Assembly (NCBI GenBank): GCA_963776245.1
Contig: CAVZLN010000003.1
Location: forward strand, 512,001 to 576,000
Length of the DNA stretch: 64,000 nt
Origin: Candidatus Eiseniibacteriota bacterium
Lineage (GTDB): Bacteria > Eisenbacteria > RBG-16-71-46
Reading direction: 5' to 3'
Positions 1-9,600 of this stretch are shown here, piece after piece; the first letter of the stretch is position 1, and every line of letters starts with the position of its first letter. The notes under the pieces are model-generated. The model saw nothing but the letters and a program-made list of their open reading frames with translations. It had not been told where the DNA came from and made no database searches. A program made the position numbers and the translations under genes.

Positions 1-369
1 GACGCCACGCGCCTGGTGGCGGGCGGCCCGATGATGGGGCGCGCGCTGCCGCGGCTCGACGTGCCGGTGCTCAAGGGCATGAACGGCCTGGTGGTGCTCA
101 CCGGCCCGTCCACGCTCGATGACGGGTTCCTCTCCTGCATCCAGTGCGGCCGCTGCGTCGAGGCGTGCCCGCTCGGGCTCGAGCCGGACCAGGTGTCGGT
201 CCGCGTCGAGGCCGGCCGCACGCTGGACACCGAGGCCTACGGCGCGCTCGAGTGCTACGAGTGCGGATGCTGCAGCTACGTGTGCCCGTCGCACCGGCCG
301 CTGGTGCAGTTCATGCAGGTCGCCAAGGGCTCGCTGCGACGCGCCCGCGAATCGAGGGCGAAGGCATGA
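1..369 (+). CDS. rnfC: Rnf/Rsx complex subunit C, C-terminal part (truncated by window start)
   Basis: GGPMMG motif and two 4Fe-4S motifs (CIQCGRCVEACP, CYECGCCSYVCP); stop overlaps the rnfD start (ATGA). Confidence 0.93.
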   Translation, partial: DATRLVAGGPMMGRALPRLDVPVLKGMNGLVVLTGPSTLDDGFLSCIQCGRCVEACPLGLEPDQVSVRVEAGRTLDTEAYGALECYECGCCSYVCPSHRPLVQFMQVAKGSLRRARESRAKA

Positions 370-1346
370 GCGAAGGCCGGAAGTTCGTCATCTCGCCGGG
401 GCCGCACCTGCACAGCGCCGAGAGCACTGCGAACATCATGTGGTGGGTGAACGGCACGCTCGCCCCGATGGCGCTGTGGGGCGTGTTCGTGTTCGGCGGG
501 GCCGCGCTCGCGACCATCGCCGGCGCCGTCGCCGGCGCGGCGGGCTCCGAATGGGGCGTGGCGCGGCTGGCGAAGCGGCGCTCCCCGCTCGGCGACGGCA
601 GCGCGGTGTGCACCGGCCTGCTGCTCGCGCTCACCATCTCCCCGGGCGTGGCGTGGTGGATGGCGCTGCTCGGCGGGGCGTTCTCCATCCTGCTCGGCAA
701 GGCGATCTTCGGCGGCCTCGGGTACAACCTCTTCAATCCCGCCCTCATCGGCCGCGCCTTCATGATGGCGTCCTTCCCGGTGGCGATGACGTCGTCGTGG
801 CTGGCCCCGCGCCCGTGGTTCTCGGCGCCGCTCGACGCCATCTCCACCGCGACCCCGCTGGCGGCCCTGCGCGAGCACGGACTCGACGCGGCGATGAAGC
901 TGGTGACCAGCCCCGCGGGCGCCTGGGGCGGGCTCGCGCTCGGGTTCCGACCCGGCTCGATCGGCGAGACCTCGATGGTGCTCATCGCGCTCGGCGCCGC
1001 GGTGCTGCTCGCGCGCGGCATCATCACGCTCTGGATCCCGCTGAGCGTGCTGGCGGGCGTCGCGCTCTCGACCGCCTTCACCGGGGCGGCCGGCCTCCAT
1101 CTGATGAGCGGCGGGCTGTGGCTGGGCGCGTTCTACATGGCGACCGACTACGTCACCTCGCCCGCGGTGCGCGGGGGGCAGATCGCGTACGGGCTCACCA
1201 TCGGCGTGCTCACCGGGATCATCCGCGTCTACGGCGGCTATCCGGAGGGCATCTGCTACGCCATCCTGCTCGCGAACGCGATGTCGCCCGCCTTCAACCT
1301 GTGGTTCCGGCCCCGCCGGACCGCGCTCGCGGGGACCCCGTCATGA
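366..1346 (+). CDS. rnfD: Rnf complex subunit D
   Basis: SPGPHLH start, GGLGYNLFNPA, FMN-attachment DAISTATPL, GSIGETS, MATDYVTSP, GGYPEG; polytopic. Confidence 0.95.
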   Translation: MSEGRKFVISPGPHLHSAESTANIMWWVNGTLAPMALWGVFVFGGAALATIAGAVAGAAGSEWGVARLAKRRSPLGDGSAVCTGLLLALTISPGVAWWMALLGGAFSILLGKAIFGGLGYNLFNPALIGRAFMMASFPVAMTSSWLAPRPWFSAPLDAISTATPLAALREHGLDAAMKLVTSPAGAWGGLALGFRPGSIGETSMVLIALGAAVLLARGIITLWIPLSVLAGVALSTAFTGAAGLHLMSGGLWLGAFYMATDYVTSPAVRGGQIAYGLTIGVLTGIIRVYGGYPEGICYAILLANAMSPAFNLWFRPRRTALAGTPS

Positions 1347-2203
1347 GCGCGACGCCCCGGAACGAGGACCGCGCCGAACTGGTGCGCATCGTGGTCTCGA
1401 TGACCGGCACCATGGTGCTCGCCGGGCTGATCCTCGGCGGAGTGTTCCTCGGCACCGATCGTTATCAGAAGGTGGCCGGCCTGGCCCGGGAACGGCGCAA
1501 CGTCTCCGAGATGCTCGCGCTCGACTCCAGCGCCACCGTCCTCGAGGTGCGCCAGTACCTCGACGCGACGAAGCGCGAGGTGGTCTACCACGCCCGCCGA
1601 TTCGGCGACGCGACCGCCGCGACGCGCTCGATCGTCTTCTCGCTCGAGGGCGAGCCGCGCGGCGAGGCCGAGGTCCCCGCCGCCGCGGGCGGCGAGGCGG
1701 CGCCCGCGGGGCTGCGCTCGCTCGGGCGCGTGTTCGTCGCGCGCGCGGCCGGAGCGCCGGCGGGGTTCGTGGTCGAGGGCGAGGCGCGCGGCTACAAGAA
1801 CCGCATCCGCTTCTTCGTCGCGCTCTCGCCCGGGTTCGAGATCCGGGGCGTGCGCGTGGTCGAACACGAGGAGGACCCGGGCCTCGGTGCCGAGGTCGCC
1901 ACCCCGTGGTTCCAGGGCCAGTACCTGGGACGCGGTGGCGACGCGGTCGCGAAGCTCGACGTGACGCGCGACCCGATGCCCGAGGACTGGCGCGCCGCGC
2001 TCCAGGAGCTGGCACGCACCCCGGCGCCGGCCTGGCGCGAGAAGCACGCGGCGCAGCTCCGGGAGCAGGGCACCCGGCCCATCTACGCCGTCACGGGGGC
2101 GACCATCTCGAGTCGCGCGCTCACCGGCGGCGTGCGCGCCGCGGTGGATCACTTCCGGCGGCGCTGGCAGTTGCTCGCGCCCTACCTCGGAGGTCCGGCA
2201 TGA
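1343..2203 (+). CDS. rnfG: Rnf complex subunit G (FMN-binding), elongated
   Basis: N-terminal TM helix, GYKNRI..HEEDPGLGA, VTGATISS flavinylation motif; ATGA overlaps on both sides. Confidence 0.88.
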   Translation: MSATPRNEDRAELVRIVVSMTGTMVLAGLILGGVFLGTDRYQKVAGLARERRNVSEMLALDSSATVLEVRQYLDATKREVVYHARRFGDATAATRSIVFSLEGEPRGEAEVPAAAGGEAAPAGLRSLGRVFVARAAGAPAGFVVEGEARGYKNRIRFFVALSPGFEIRGVRVVEHEEDPGLGAEVATPWFQGQYLGRGGDAVAKLDVTRDPMPEDWRAALQELARTPAPAWREKHAAQLREQGTRPIYAVTGATISSRALTGGVRAAVDHFRRRWQLLAPYLGGPA

Positions 2204-2862
2204 GCACCACGCTCCACCCCGGCCCCGCGCCCAGCGCGTGGCAGTTGGTGATCAACGGGATCCTCAACGAGAACCCGGTGTTCCGGCTCGCGCTCTCGCT
2301 CTGCCCCGCGGTCGCGGTGACCAACACGGTGATGAACGGCGTCATCCTCGGCGTCGCCGTGCTGTGCGTGCAGGTGCTCTCGAGCGTGACCGTGGCGATC
2401 GCCAAGCGCCTCATCCACCCGCGCGTGCGCATCCCGGTCTACACCGTCATCATCGCGGTGTGGGTGAGCGCCATGGACATGACGCTCGCCGCCTTCACCC
2501 CGGCGCTCTACGCCCAGGTCGGGCTCTACGTGAAGCTGATCGTGGCGTTCGCCATCATCATCTCGCGGCTCGAGGTGTTCGCGTCCCGCCAGCCGGTGTG
2601 GCCCTCGTTCTGGGACGGGCTCGGCATGGGCCTCGGCTTCCTGTTCGCGCTGGTGGTCATCGGCGCGCTGCGCGAGCTGCTCGGCAATGGCTCGCTGCTC
2701 GGCGTGGCGCTCACGCCCACCAAGCCGCTGCTGTTCTTCGCGCTGCCGGCGGGGGGGTTCTTCTCGATCGCCCTGCTGATGGCGTTCTTCAACGCCGTCG
2801 AGGCCCGGGTCGCGGGGCCCGACGCGGCCCCGAAGCCGGGTGGCGGGGGGTCGCATGGCTAG
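2200..2862 (+). CDS. rnfE: Rnf complex subunit E
   Basis: NENPVFRLALSLCPAVAVT, VRIP, DGLGMGLGF, RELLGNG, LPAGGF. Confidence 0.93.
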   Translation: MSTTLHPGPAPSAWQLVINGILNENPVFRLALSLCPAVAVTNTVMNGVILGVAVLCVQVLSSVTVAIAKRLIHPRVRIPVYTVIIAVWVSAMDMTLAAFTPALYAQVGLYVKLIVAFAIIISRLEVFASRQPVWPSFWDGLGMGLGFLFALVVIGALRELLGNGSLLGVALTPTKPLLFFALPAGGFFSIALLMAFFNAVEARVAGPDAAPKPGGGGSHG

Positions 2863-3778
2863 CCTGTTCCGCCGCCTCGCCGTCGCCTCGCTCGCCTCGA
2901 TCGCGCTCCTCGCGCCCTCCGCGCGCGCCGCGGAGCCGCTGATCCGTCACGTCCGCGTGCTGGCGCCGAACGCGGTCCGGGTGACGCTCGCGCAGCCGCT
3001 CGCGCGCACCGACGCGGCCAACTTCCGCTTCACCGAGGCGAGCGCGCCCGACGCGCCGATGACCGTGAAGGCGGTGCGGGTGGACGCGCCGGACCGCGTG
3101 ACCCTGACTGTCGACCAGCCGCTCTACGCCGGGAACGCCTACCGCCTCGAGATCGCCGAGCCGCGCGCGGCGCGCGACGTCAAGCCGCCGGCGTGGGCGC
3201 TCCTGTTCGCCGTGTTCCTCTCGTCCGCGCTCATCAACAACTTCGTGTTCACGCGCTATCTCGGCCTGTGCGTGTTCTTCGGGGTGTCGAAGCGGCGCGA
3301 CACCGCGATCGGCATGGGCATCACCTTCACCCTGGTGATGGTGCTCACCGGCATGATCTCGTGGGCGCTCTTCACCTTCGTGATGAAACCGCTCCATCTC
3401 GGCTTCCTGCAGATCATCGTGTTCATCGGCGTGGTCGCGTTCTTCGTGCAGCTGCTCGATACCGTGCTCAAGAAAGTCCTTCCGGCGCTGCACCGCGGCT
3501 TCGGCATCTACCTGGTGCTGATCACCACCAACTGCATCATCCTGGCGGTGCCGCTGCTCAACGCGGCCGCCGACGCGAGCGCGCTGGACGCGCTGGCGCT
3601 GGCGATGGGCTCGGGGCTGGGCTTCGCGCTCGCGCTGTTCCTGATGTCGTGCGCCCGCGAGAAGGTGGAGCTCGCGCGCGTGCCGAAGGCGTTCGAGGGG
3701 CTGCCCATCGCGTTCGCCCTCGCCGGGCTGTTCGCCCTCGCCTTCATGGGATTCTCGGGACTGGACTTCTTCCGCTAG
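2855..3778 (+). CDS. rnfA: Rnf complex subunit A with extra N-terminal signal peptide and beta-rich domain
   Basis: C-terminal ~195 aa has NNFVFTRYLGLC, LITTNC and GLPIAF; N-terminal ~110 aa is a Sec-like signal (..APSARA|AE) plus a beta-rich domain. Confidence 0.9.
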   Translation: MASLFRRLAVASLASIALLAPSARAAEPLIRHVRVLAPNAVRVTLAQPLARTDAANFRFTEASAPDAPMTVKAVRVDAPDRVTLTVDQPLYAGNAYRLEIAEPRAARDVKPPAWALLFAVFLSSALINNFVFTRYLGLCVFFGVSKRRDTAIGMGITFTLVMVLTGMISWALFTFVMKPLHLGFLQIIVFIGVVAFFVQLLDTVLKKVLPALHRGFGIYLVLITTNCIILAVPLLNAAADASALDALALAMGSGLGFALALFLMSCAREKVELARVPKAFEGLPIAFALAGLFALAFMGFSGLDFFR

Positions 3779-3786
3779 GGGACGCC

Positions 3787-4662
3787 GTGGACCAGCAGAC
3801 GCTCGGCATCGTGCTGTGGGGCCTCGCGGTCTTCACCGTGCTCGGGCTGCTGTTCGGTCTCGCGCTCGCGGTCGCCGCGCAGCGCTTCCGCGTCGCCGTC
3901 AATCCGCTGGTGGACGCGGTGCGCGAGGCCCTGCCCTCCGCCAACTGCGGCGCCTGCGGCTTCGCGGGCTGCACCGCGTACGCGGAAGCGGTGGTCGAGA
4001 AGCTCGAGGTGTCACCGAACCTGTGCATCCCCGGCCGCCAGGCGGTGGCGAGCGCGGTCGCGACGCTCACCCACAAGGTGCTGGGCTCGGTCGAGGACCG
4101 TGTGGTGGTGATGCGCTGCCACGGCACCAGCGCCTACGCGCGCGACGAGGCCGAATACGCGGGCATCCCCACCTGCTCCGCCGCGGCGATGGTGTTCGGC
4201 GGTCCCAAGGCCTGCAAGAACGGCTGCCTCGGGCTCGGCGACTGCGTGCGCGCCTGCCCGTTCGGCGCGCTGCACCTCGGCGGCTCGGGCATCGCGGTGG
4301 TGGACACCGCGCGCTGCACCGGGTGCGCCATCTGCGTGGCGATCTGTCCCAAGAACCTGTTCGAGCTCTACCCGCGCTCGCGCCGCATCGAGCTGGCGTG
4401 CGTCGCGAAGGACAAGGGCTCGGTGGTGCGCTCGACCTGCATGGTCGGATGTATCCTGTGCCGCAAGTGCGTCTCGAAGTGCCCGGCCGGCGCGATCGCG
4501 TGGGACGGCCAGACCATCGTCATCGATCACGAGAAATGCCAGGCGTACGGCCCGTCGTGCAACGAGGCTTGCGTCGACATCTGCCCGAGCACCATCCTGC
4601 ATCGCGTCGGCCAGCTGCCTCGTCCCGAGGTGGTGGAGGCCCCGCAGACCGTGGAGGTTTGA
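3787..4662 (+). CDS. rnfB: Rnf complex subunit B (polyferredoxin)
   Basis: GTG start, N-terminal TM, LPSANCGACGFAGC, CKNGCLGLGDCVRACP, CTGCAICVAICP, CILCRKCVSKCP. Confidence 0.93.
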   Translation: MDQQTLGIVLWGLAVFTVLGLLFGLALAVAAQRFRVAVNPLVDAVREALPSANCGACGFAGCTAYAEAVVEKLEVSPNLCIPGRQAVASAVATLTHKVLGSVEDRVVVMRCHGTSAYARDEAEYAGIPTCSAAAMVFGGPKACKNGCLGLGDCVRACPFGALHLGGSGIAVVDTARCTGCAICVAICPKNLFELYPRSRRIELACVAKDKGSVVRSTCMVGCILCRKCVSKCPAGAIAWDGQTIVIDHEKCQAYGPSCNEACVDICPSTILHRVGQLPRPEVVEAPQTVEV

Positions 4663-4667
4663 ACCCT

Positions 4668-6416
4668 ATGGAGACCGGCACCCGCACCACCCGCACCGCG
4701 GCCGCGCAGGACGTCGCCACGACGGACTCGATCGTCCTCGCGGTGGTGGGCAGCGGCGGCGACGGCGTGGCCCTGCTGGGCGACCTCATCCTCAAGATGG
4801 CCGCGCACCAGGGCCTCTACGGCATGATGGTCCAGTCGTACGGGCCCCAGATCCGCGGCGGCGAGTCCGCGGTGGCGCTGCGCATCGCGCGCGACGAGGT
4901 CCAGTACGAAGGCGAGGTCACCGATCTGCTGCTGTGCTTCCGGCTCGGCGACCTCAAGCGCTTCCGCGGCGCGGTCCACCTCCACGCCCAGAGCATCCTG
5001 ATGCTCGAGCAGGCCGACCAGGGCGAGGTGCCCGAGTGGCTCGGGCGCTGCGACCGCCCACCGCTGCGCCATCCCTTCGCCACCTTCCAGGACGGCATGG
5101 AGGTGGCGGGCGGTCCGAAGAACATGCAGGGCCTCGGGCTGATCGCGCGCTCGCTCGGCTGGCCGCTCGAGCTGGTGACCCAGGTGCTGGAGCAGCGCTT
5201 CGGTCAGCGGCCCGAGGCGCTGGCGCGCAACCTCGCGGCGGTCGCGACCGGCTACGCGCGCGAGGACGCGCCCGTGCTGCCGCGCCTGCGGGGCCACGGC
5301 GTGGCGCTTCCGGTCGAGGCGGGCAATGAGGCCACCGCGCGCGGCGCGATCGCCGCCGGCCTGCGATTCTTCGCCGGCTACCCGATCACCCCGTCGTCCG
5401 AGGTCATGGAGACCCTGATCGACGAGCTGCCCGCGGTGGGCGGCACCGTGGTGCAGGCGGAGGACGAGATCGCCGCGCTCGGCATGGTGCTGGGCGCGTC
5501 CTTCGGCGGCACGCCTTCGATGACCGCGACCAGCGGTCCGGGGCTCTCGCTGATGACCGAGATGATGGGGCTCTCGTCGATGGTCGAGATCCCGTCGGTG
5601 ATCGTGGACTGCCAGCGCGTCGGCCCCGCCACCGGCATGCCCTCGCGCACCGAGCAGGCCGACCTCAACCACGCGATCTTCGCCGGCCACGGGGACTTCC
5701 CGCGCGTGGTGCTCGGCGTGTACGACGTGGTGCACGCGTACGACGTCATGTTCAAGGCCTTCCACCTCGCCGAGCACTATGCGCTGCCGGTGCTGGTGCT
5801 CTCCGACGCCTACGTGGCGCAGCGCCGCCAGATCCGCGATCCCATCGTGCCGCGACCCGCGACCGCCCGGCGCCCGCTGTGGACCGCCGAGTACGGGCCC
5901 GCGCGCTTCAAGCTGCACGACATCGTCTCGCCGTTCCGCCGCCCGGGGACGCCCGGCGGGCAATATCTCGCCGCCGGCATCGAGCACACCGTGGCCGGCG
6001 CGCCTTCGGCCGACGGCGGCGTGCACGAGGACATGCAGGCCAAGCGCTTCAAGAAGATGCCGGCGATCGCCGGCGAGACGCGCGACTGGTTCCGCGCCTT
6101 CGGCGCGGACTCCGCGCCGCGGGGCCTCATCGCGTGGGGCAGCATGTACGGCCTGCTGCGCGAGTACGTGAAGCGCCACCCCGAGTACCGCGTGTTCATG
6201 CCCGAGATCCTGCACCCGTTCCCGATCGAGGGCCTGACGGCCTGGCGCCGCGGTCTCGAGCAGCTGGCGGTCGTCGAGCTGTCGTTCGGCGCCCAGCTCC
6301 ACCGCTACCTGTGTGGCATCACCGACATGAACGGCGTGGCCAGCGTCGCGCGCAGCGGCGGCCTGCCGATGACCGAGATGGAACTCACCCGCATGCTCCA
6401 TGAGGTGACCCGATGA
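4668..6416 (+). CDS. 2-oxoacid:ferredoxin oxidoreductase alpha subunit (gamma-alpha fusion, KorA-like)
   Basis: GSGGDG, SYGPQIRGGES, GYPITPSSE, QAEDEIAA, TATSGPG, QRVGPATGMP. Confidence 0.92.
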   Translation: METGTRTTRTAAAQDVATTDSIVLAVVGSGGDGVALLGDLILKMAAHQGLYGMMVQSYGPQIRGGESAVALRIARDEVQYEGEVTDLLLCFRLGDLKRFRGAVHLHAQSILMLEQADQGEVPEWLGRCDRPPLRHPFATFQDGMEVAGGPKNMQGLGLIARSLGWPLELVTQVLEQRFGQRPEALARNLAAVATGYAREDAPVLPRLRGHGVALPVEAGNEATARGAIAAGLRFFAGYPITPSSEVMETLIDELPAVGGTVVQAEDEIAALGMVLGASFGGTPSMTATSGPGLSLMTEMMGLSSMVEIPSVIVDCQRVGPATGMPSRTEQADLNHAIFAGHGDFPRVVLGVYDVVHAYDVMFKAFHLAEHYALPVLVLSDAYVAQRRQIRDPIVPRPATARRPLWTAEYGPARFKLHDIVSPFRRPGTPGGQYLAAGIEHTVAGAPSADGGVHEDMQAKRFKKMPAIAGETRDWFRAFGADSAPRGLIAWGSMYGLLREYVKRHPEYRVFMPEILHPFPIEGLTAWRRGLEQLAVVELSFGAQLHRYLCGITDMNGVASVARSGGLPMTEMELTRMLHEVTR

Positions 6417-7261
6417 AGGCCAAGGACTATCGTTCCGAACTCGAGCCCGTGTGGTGCAGCGGCTGCGGCGACTTCGGGGTGCTCAAGGGCCTCACCCAGG
6501 CGCTCGCCGACCTCGAGGTGGTGCCCGAGAAGCTCGCCGTGGTGTCGGGCATCGGGTGCTCCAGCCGGCTCTCGGGCTACATGAACGCGTACTCGTTCAA
6601 CTCGGTCCACGGGCGCGCGCTCCCGATCGCCACCGGGCTCAAGCTGTCGCGCCCCGAGCTCACCACCGTGGTGGTGGGCGGCGACGGCGACGGGTTCAGC
6701 ATCGGGCTCGGCCACATCCCGCACGCGATCCGCCGCAACGTGGACTTCACCTACGCGGTGATGGACAACGGGATCTACGGGCTCACCAAGGGCCAGGCCT
6801 CGCCGACCACCGAGATGGAGGCCAAGCGCGAACGCGGCCTCGCCGGTCAGGACGAGCGCCCGCTCAACCCGGTGCTGCTGGTGCTCAGCTCGGGCGCCGG
6901 GTTCGTCGCGCGCGGGCACGCGGGCAACCTGCCGCACCTGCGCCAGATGTTCCGCGAGGCCATCCAGTACCGTGGCTTCGCGTTCATCCACATCCTCGCC
7001 GGCTGCGTGACCTACCAGCCGGCGGGATACGCCGAGGAGCTCTATCAGCGCAGCTTCTTCCTCCCCGACGACTACGACCCGTCCGACTTCAATCGGGCGA
7101 GCGATCTCGCGCGGGGCGAGCGATTCGCGCTGGGTGTCCTTTATCGTCGCGACCCGGACCGACCCCCCGTCGTGTCGCGACCCGGAGAACAAGCCGAGGC
7201 CGGCGTCTGGCCTCCGTCGGGGGTGGCGGCGGAGCCCACCTTCCCCGGGGAGAGCGCCTGA
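6413..7261 (+). CDS. 2-oxoacid:ferredoxin oxidoreductase beta subunit (TPP-binding)
   Basis: WCSGCGD, SGIGCS, HGR, GGDGD...DNGIYGLTKGQASPT. Confidence 0.93.
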   Translation: MKAKDYRSELEPVWCSGCGDFGVLKGLTQALADLEVVPEKLAVVSGIGCSSRLSGYMNAYSFNSVHGRALPIATGLKLSRPELTTVVVGGDGDGFSIGLGHIPHAIRRNVDFTYAVMDNGIYGLTKGQASPTTEMEAKRERGLAGQDERPLNPVLLVLSSGAGFVARGHAGNLPHLRQMFREAIQYRGFAFIHILAGCVTYQPAGYAEELYQRSFFLPDDYDPSDFNRASDLARGERFALGVLYRRDPDRPPVVSRPGEQAEAGVWPPSGVAAEPTFPGESA

Positions 7262-7286
7262 CGCGCGGACTCGAGTGAGGCTCGAG

Positions 7287-9470
7287 ATGCGGAAGGGTCC
7301 GTGGTGGGGCCGTCGGCACGCACCGGCAGCACGCGTGGACGGGGCGGTGGGGCATGCCAGGCGGGCCGCGCGTCGCGCGCTCGCCCTCGGGCTGGGGCTC
7401 GTGTGGCTCGCGTCGCGCGCGCACGCCGCGGCGATCACGAACGAGGAATGCCTGATGTGCCACGGCGACCGCTCGCTCGTGCGCTCGGCGCCGCGGCCCG
7501 CCACCTCGGTGTACGTCGACGGCGCGGCCGCCGCGCGCTCGGTGCACGGCCGCATGGCCTGCGTGGACTGTCACACCGGGATCCCCGCGGTGCCTCACGC
7601 CGAGGTGCTGAGGAAGCCGCGCTGCGAATCGTGCCACGGCGCCGAGGCGACCGCCATCGCCGGCAGCGTCCACGCGCAGGCGACCGGCAACGGCGGCAAG
7701 GTCGGCTGCGAGGGCTGCCACGGCGTGCACGACATCGCGCCCGCCGCACGCACGGGCGCGCAGTATTGCGCCACCTGCCACGGTGAGATCGTGCGGACGT
7801 ACCGCTCGAGCGTGCACGGCATCGCGCTCGCCCGGGGCGACACCGACGCGTCGAAGTGCCGGGATTGCCATGGCGGCGTGCACCGGGTGAAGTCCCACCT
7901 CGACCCGGCCGCGCCGGTGCACCGCGCGAACCTCGCTGCGACCTGCGCGCGGTGCCACGCGGACCGCGCGCTCATGACCAAGCGCAAGATCGACATCCCC
8001 GAGGCGGTCCAGCTCTACCGCGCGAGCGTGCACGGCCGCTCGAAGAGCGCGAATGCGGCGACCTGCGACGACTGCCACGAGAGCCACGATCTCCGTCCCG
8101 CCGCGGACCCCGCCTCGTCGGTCTACCGCGGCAATATCCCGAAGACCTGCGGACGGTGCCACGCGAAGGAGTCGCGCGCGTACACGCTCGGGGTGCATGG
8201 CCAGGCGCTCGCGCGCGGAGTGACGCGCACCCCGGTGTGCACCGATTGCCACGGCGAGCATCGGATCAGCGGTCCCGGGGACGCCAGCTCGCCGGTCGCC
8301 GCGGGCGGCGTGACGGCGACCTGTTCGTCGTGCCACGAGGCCACCGGGATCCGCGAGACCTTCGGGCTCCCGGCCGGGCGCCTCTCGAGCTACCGGGACT
8401 CCTTCCACGGGCTCGCCGCCCGTGGGGGCTCGCCGGTGGTGGCGAACTGCGCCTCGTGCCATGGCTACCACGACATCCTGCCGTCGTCCGATCCGCGCTC
8501 GACGGTGAGCCCGGCGAACCTGTCGCACACCTGCGGCAAGTGCCACCCGGGCACCGGCGAGGCCTTCGCCCGCGGCTCGGTGCATTCGATCATGACGCGG
8601 GCGGACGAGCCGCTGCTGGCGTGGATCCGCCTCGTCTATCTGTGGCTGATCGGCGGGACCATCGGCGGCATGGCGCTCCACCAGGGGCTCGACTTCGTGC
8701 GGAAGATCCGCGCCCGCTACCGGCAGCACCTGCGCGGGGACGGCCACGGGCACGCGCCCGGCGAGCGCTGGTTCGTGCGCATGACGGGCTTCGAGCGCAT
8801 CCAGCACGTGCTGCTGTTCACCAGCTTCTTCACGCTGGTCTACACGGGCTTCGCCCTGAAGTTCCCCGAGAGCGGGTGGTTCGCCTGGATGGCGCGCATG
8901 GAGCACGGCTACGCGCTGCGCAGCATCATCCATCGCATCGCCGCGGTGGTGCAGGTGGCCACCGCGCTGATCCACGCGGGCTACCTGTTCACCCCGCGCG
9001 GGCGCGGCACGCTCGTCGCGCTGGTGCCCTCGATCCGCGACGCGCGTGAGGCGGCGGCGAACCTGCTCTACCTGAGCGGGCTCGGCAAGGCCCCGCCCGC
9101 GTTCGCGCGCTTCAGCTACATCGAGAAGGCCGAGTACTGGGCCCTGGTGTGGGGCACCGTGGTGATGACCCTCACCGGTCTCGTGCTGTGGTTCGAGAAC
9201 GAGGCGGGGCGGCTGTTCGGCAAGTGGGTGTTCGACGCCGCCACGCTGGTCCACTACTACGAGGCGTGGCTGGCCTTCCTCGCCATCCTGGTGTGGCACA
9301 TCTACCAGAACGTGCTGAACCCGGACGTCTACCCGATGAACTGGACCTGGGTCACCGGGCGCATCAGCGAGGGACAGCTCCGGCACGAGCACGGCGGCGA
9401 ATGGGCGGAGATCCTGGCGAAGGAGCAGGCCGAGGGCCCCGCCGGGCCCGCGCCGCACGACCCGGCCTAG
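7287..9470 (+). CDS. Multiheme cytochrome c (13 CxxCH) fused to FdnI/HydC-type cytochrome b (CbcL-like); start uncertain
   Basis: Signal peptide; CLMCH, CVDCH, CESCH, CEGCH, CATCH, CRDCH, CARCH, CDDCH, CGRCH, CTDCH, CSSCH, CASCH, CGKCH; C-terminal TM domain with ERIQH, IHR, YIEKAEYWA, VHYYEA, WHIY. Confidence 0.9.
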   Translation: MRKGPWWGRRHAPAARVDGAVGHARRAARRALALGLGLVWLASRAHAAAITNEECLMCHGDRSLVRSAPRPATSVYVDGAAAARSVHGRMACVDCHTGIPAVPHAEVLRKPRCESCHGAEATAIAGSVHAQATGNGGKVGCEGCHGVHDIAPAARTGAQYCATCHGEIVRTYRSSVHGIALARGDTDASKCRDCHGGVHRVKSHLDPAAPVHRANLAATCARCHADRALMTKRKIDIPEAVQLYRASVHGRSKSANAATCDDCHESHDLRPAADPASSVYRGNIPKTCGRCHAKESRAYTLGVHGQALARGVTRTPVCTDCHGEHRISGPGDASSPVAAGGVTATCSSCHEATGIRETFGLPAGRLSSYRDSFHGLAARGGSPVVANCASCHGYHDILPSSDPRSTVSPANLSHTCGKCHPGTGEAFARGSVHSIMTRADEPLLAWIRLVYLWLIGGTIGGMALHQGLDFVRKIRARYRQHLRGDGHGHAPGERWFVRMTGFERIQHVLLFTSFFTLVYTGFALKFPESGWFAWMARMEHGYALRSIIHRIAAVVQVATALIHAGYLFTPRGRGTLVALVPSIRDAREAAANLLYLSGLGKAPPAFARFSYIEKAEYWALVWGTVVMTLTGLVLWFENEAGRLFGKWVFDAATLVHYYEAWLAFLAILVWHIYQNVLNPDVYPMNWTWVTGRISEGQLRHEHGGEWAEILAKEQAEGPAGPAPHDPA

Positions 9471-9600
9471 CCGGAGCCGGCGCGCGGGAGCGCCGGCGCG
9501 CGGCGGGTTTGGCGCCGGGCGCCGCGCTCGCTATCTTGGGCGCGTTCCTGGCCATGGTCCGCGGCGCCGCCCCGGTGCGGGACGAAAGGAGAGTGCCGAC

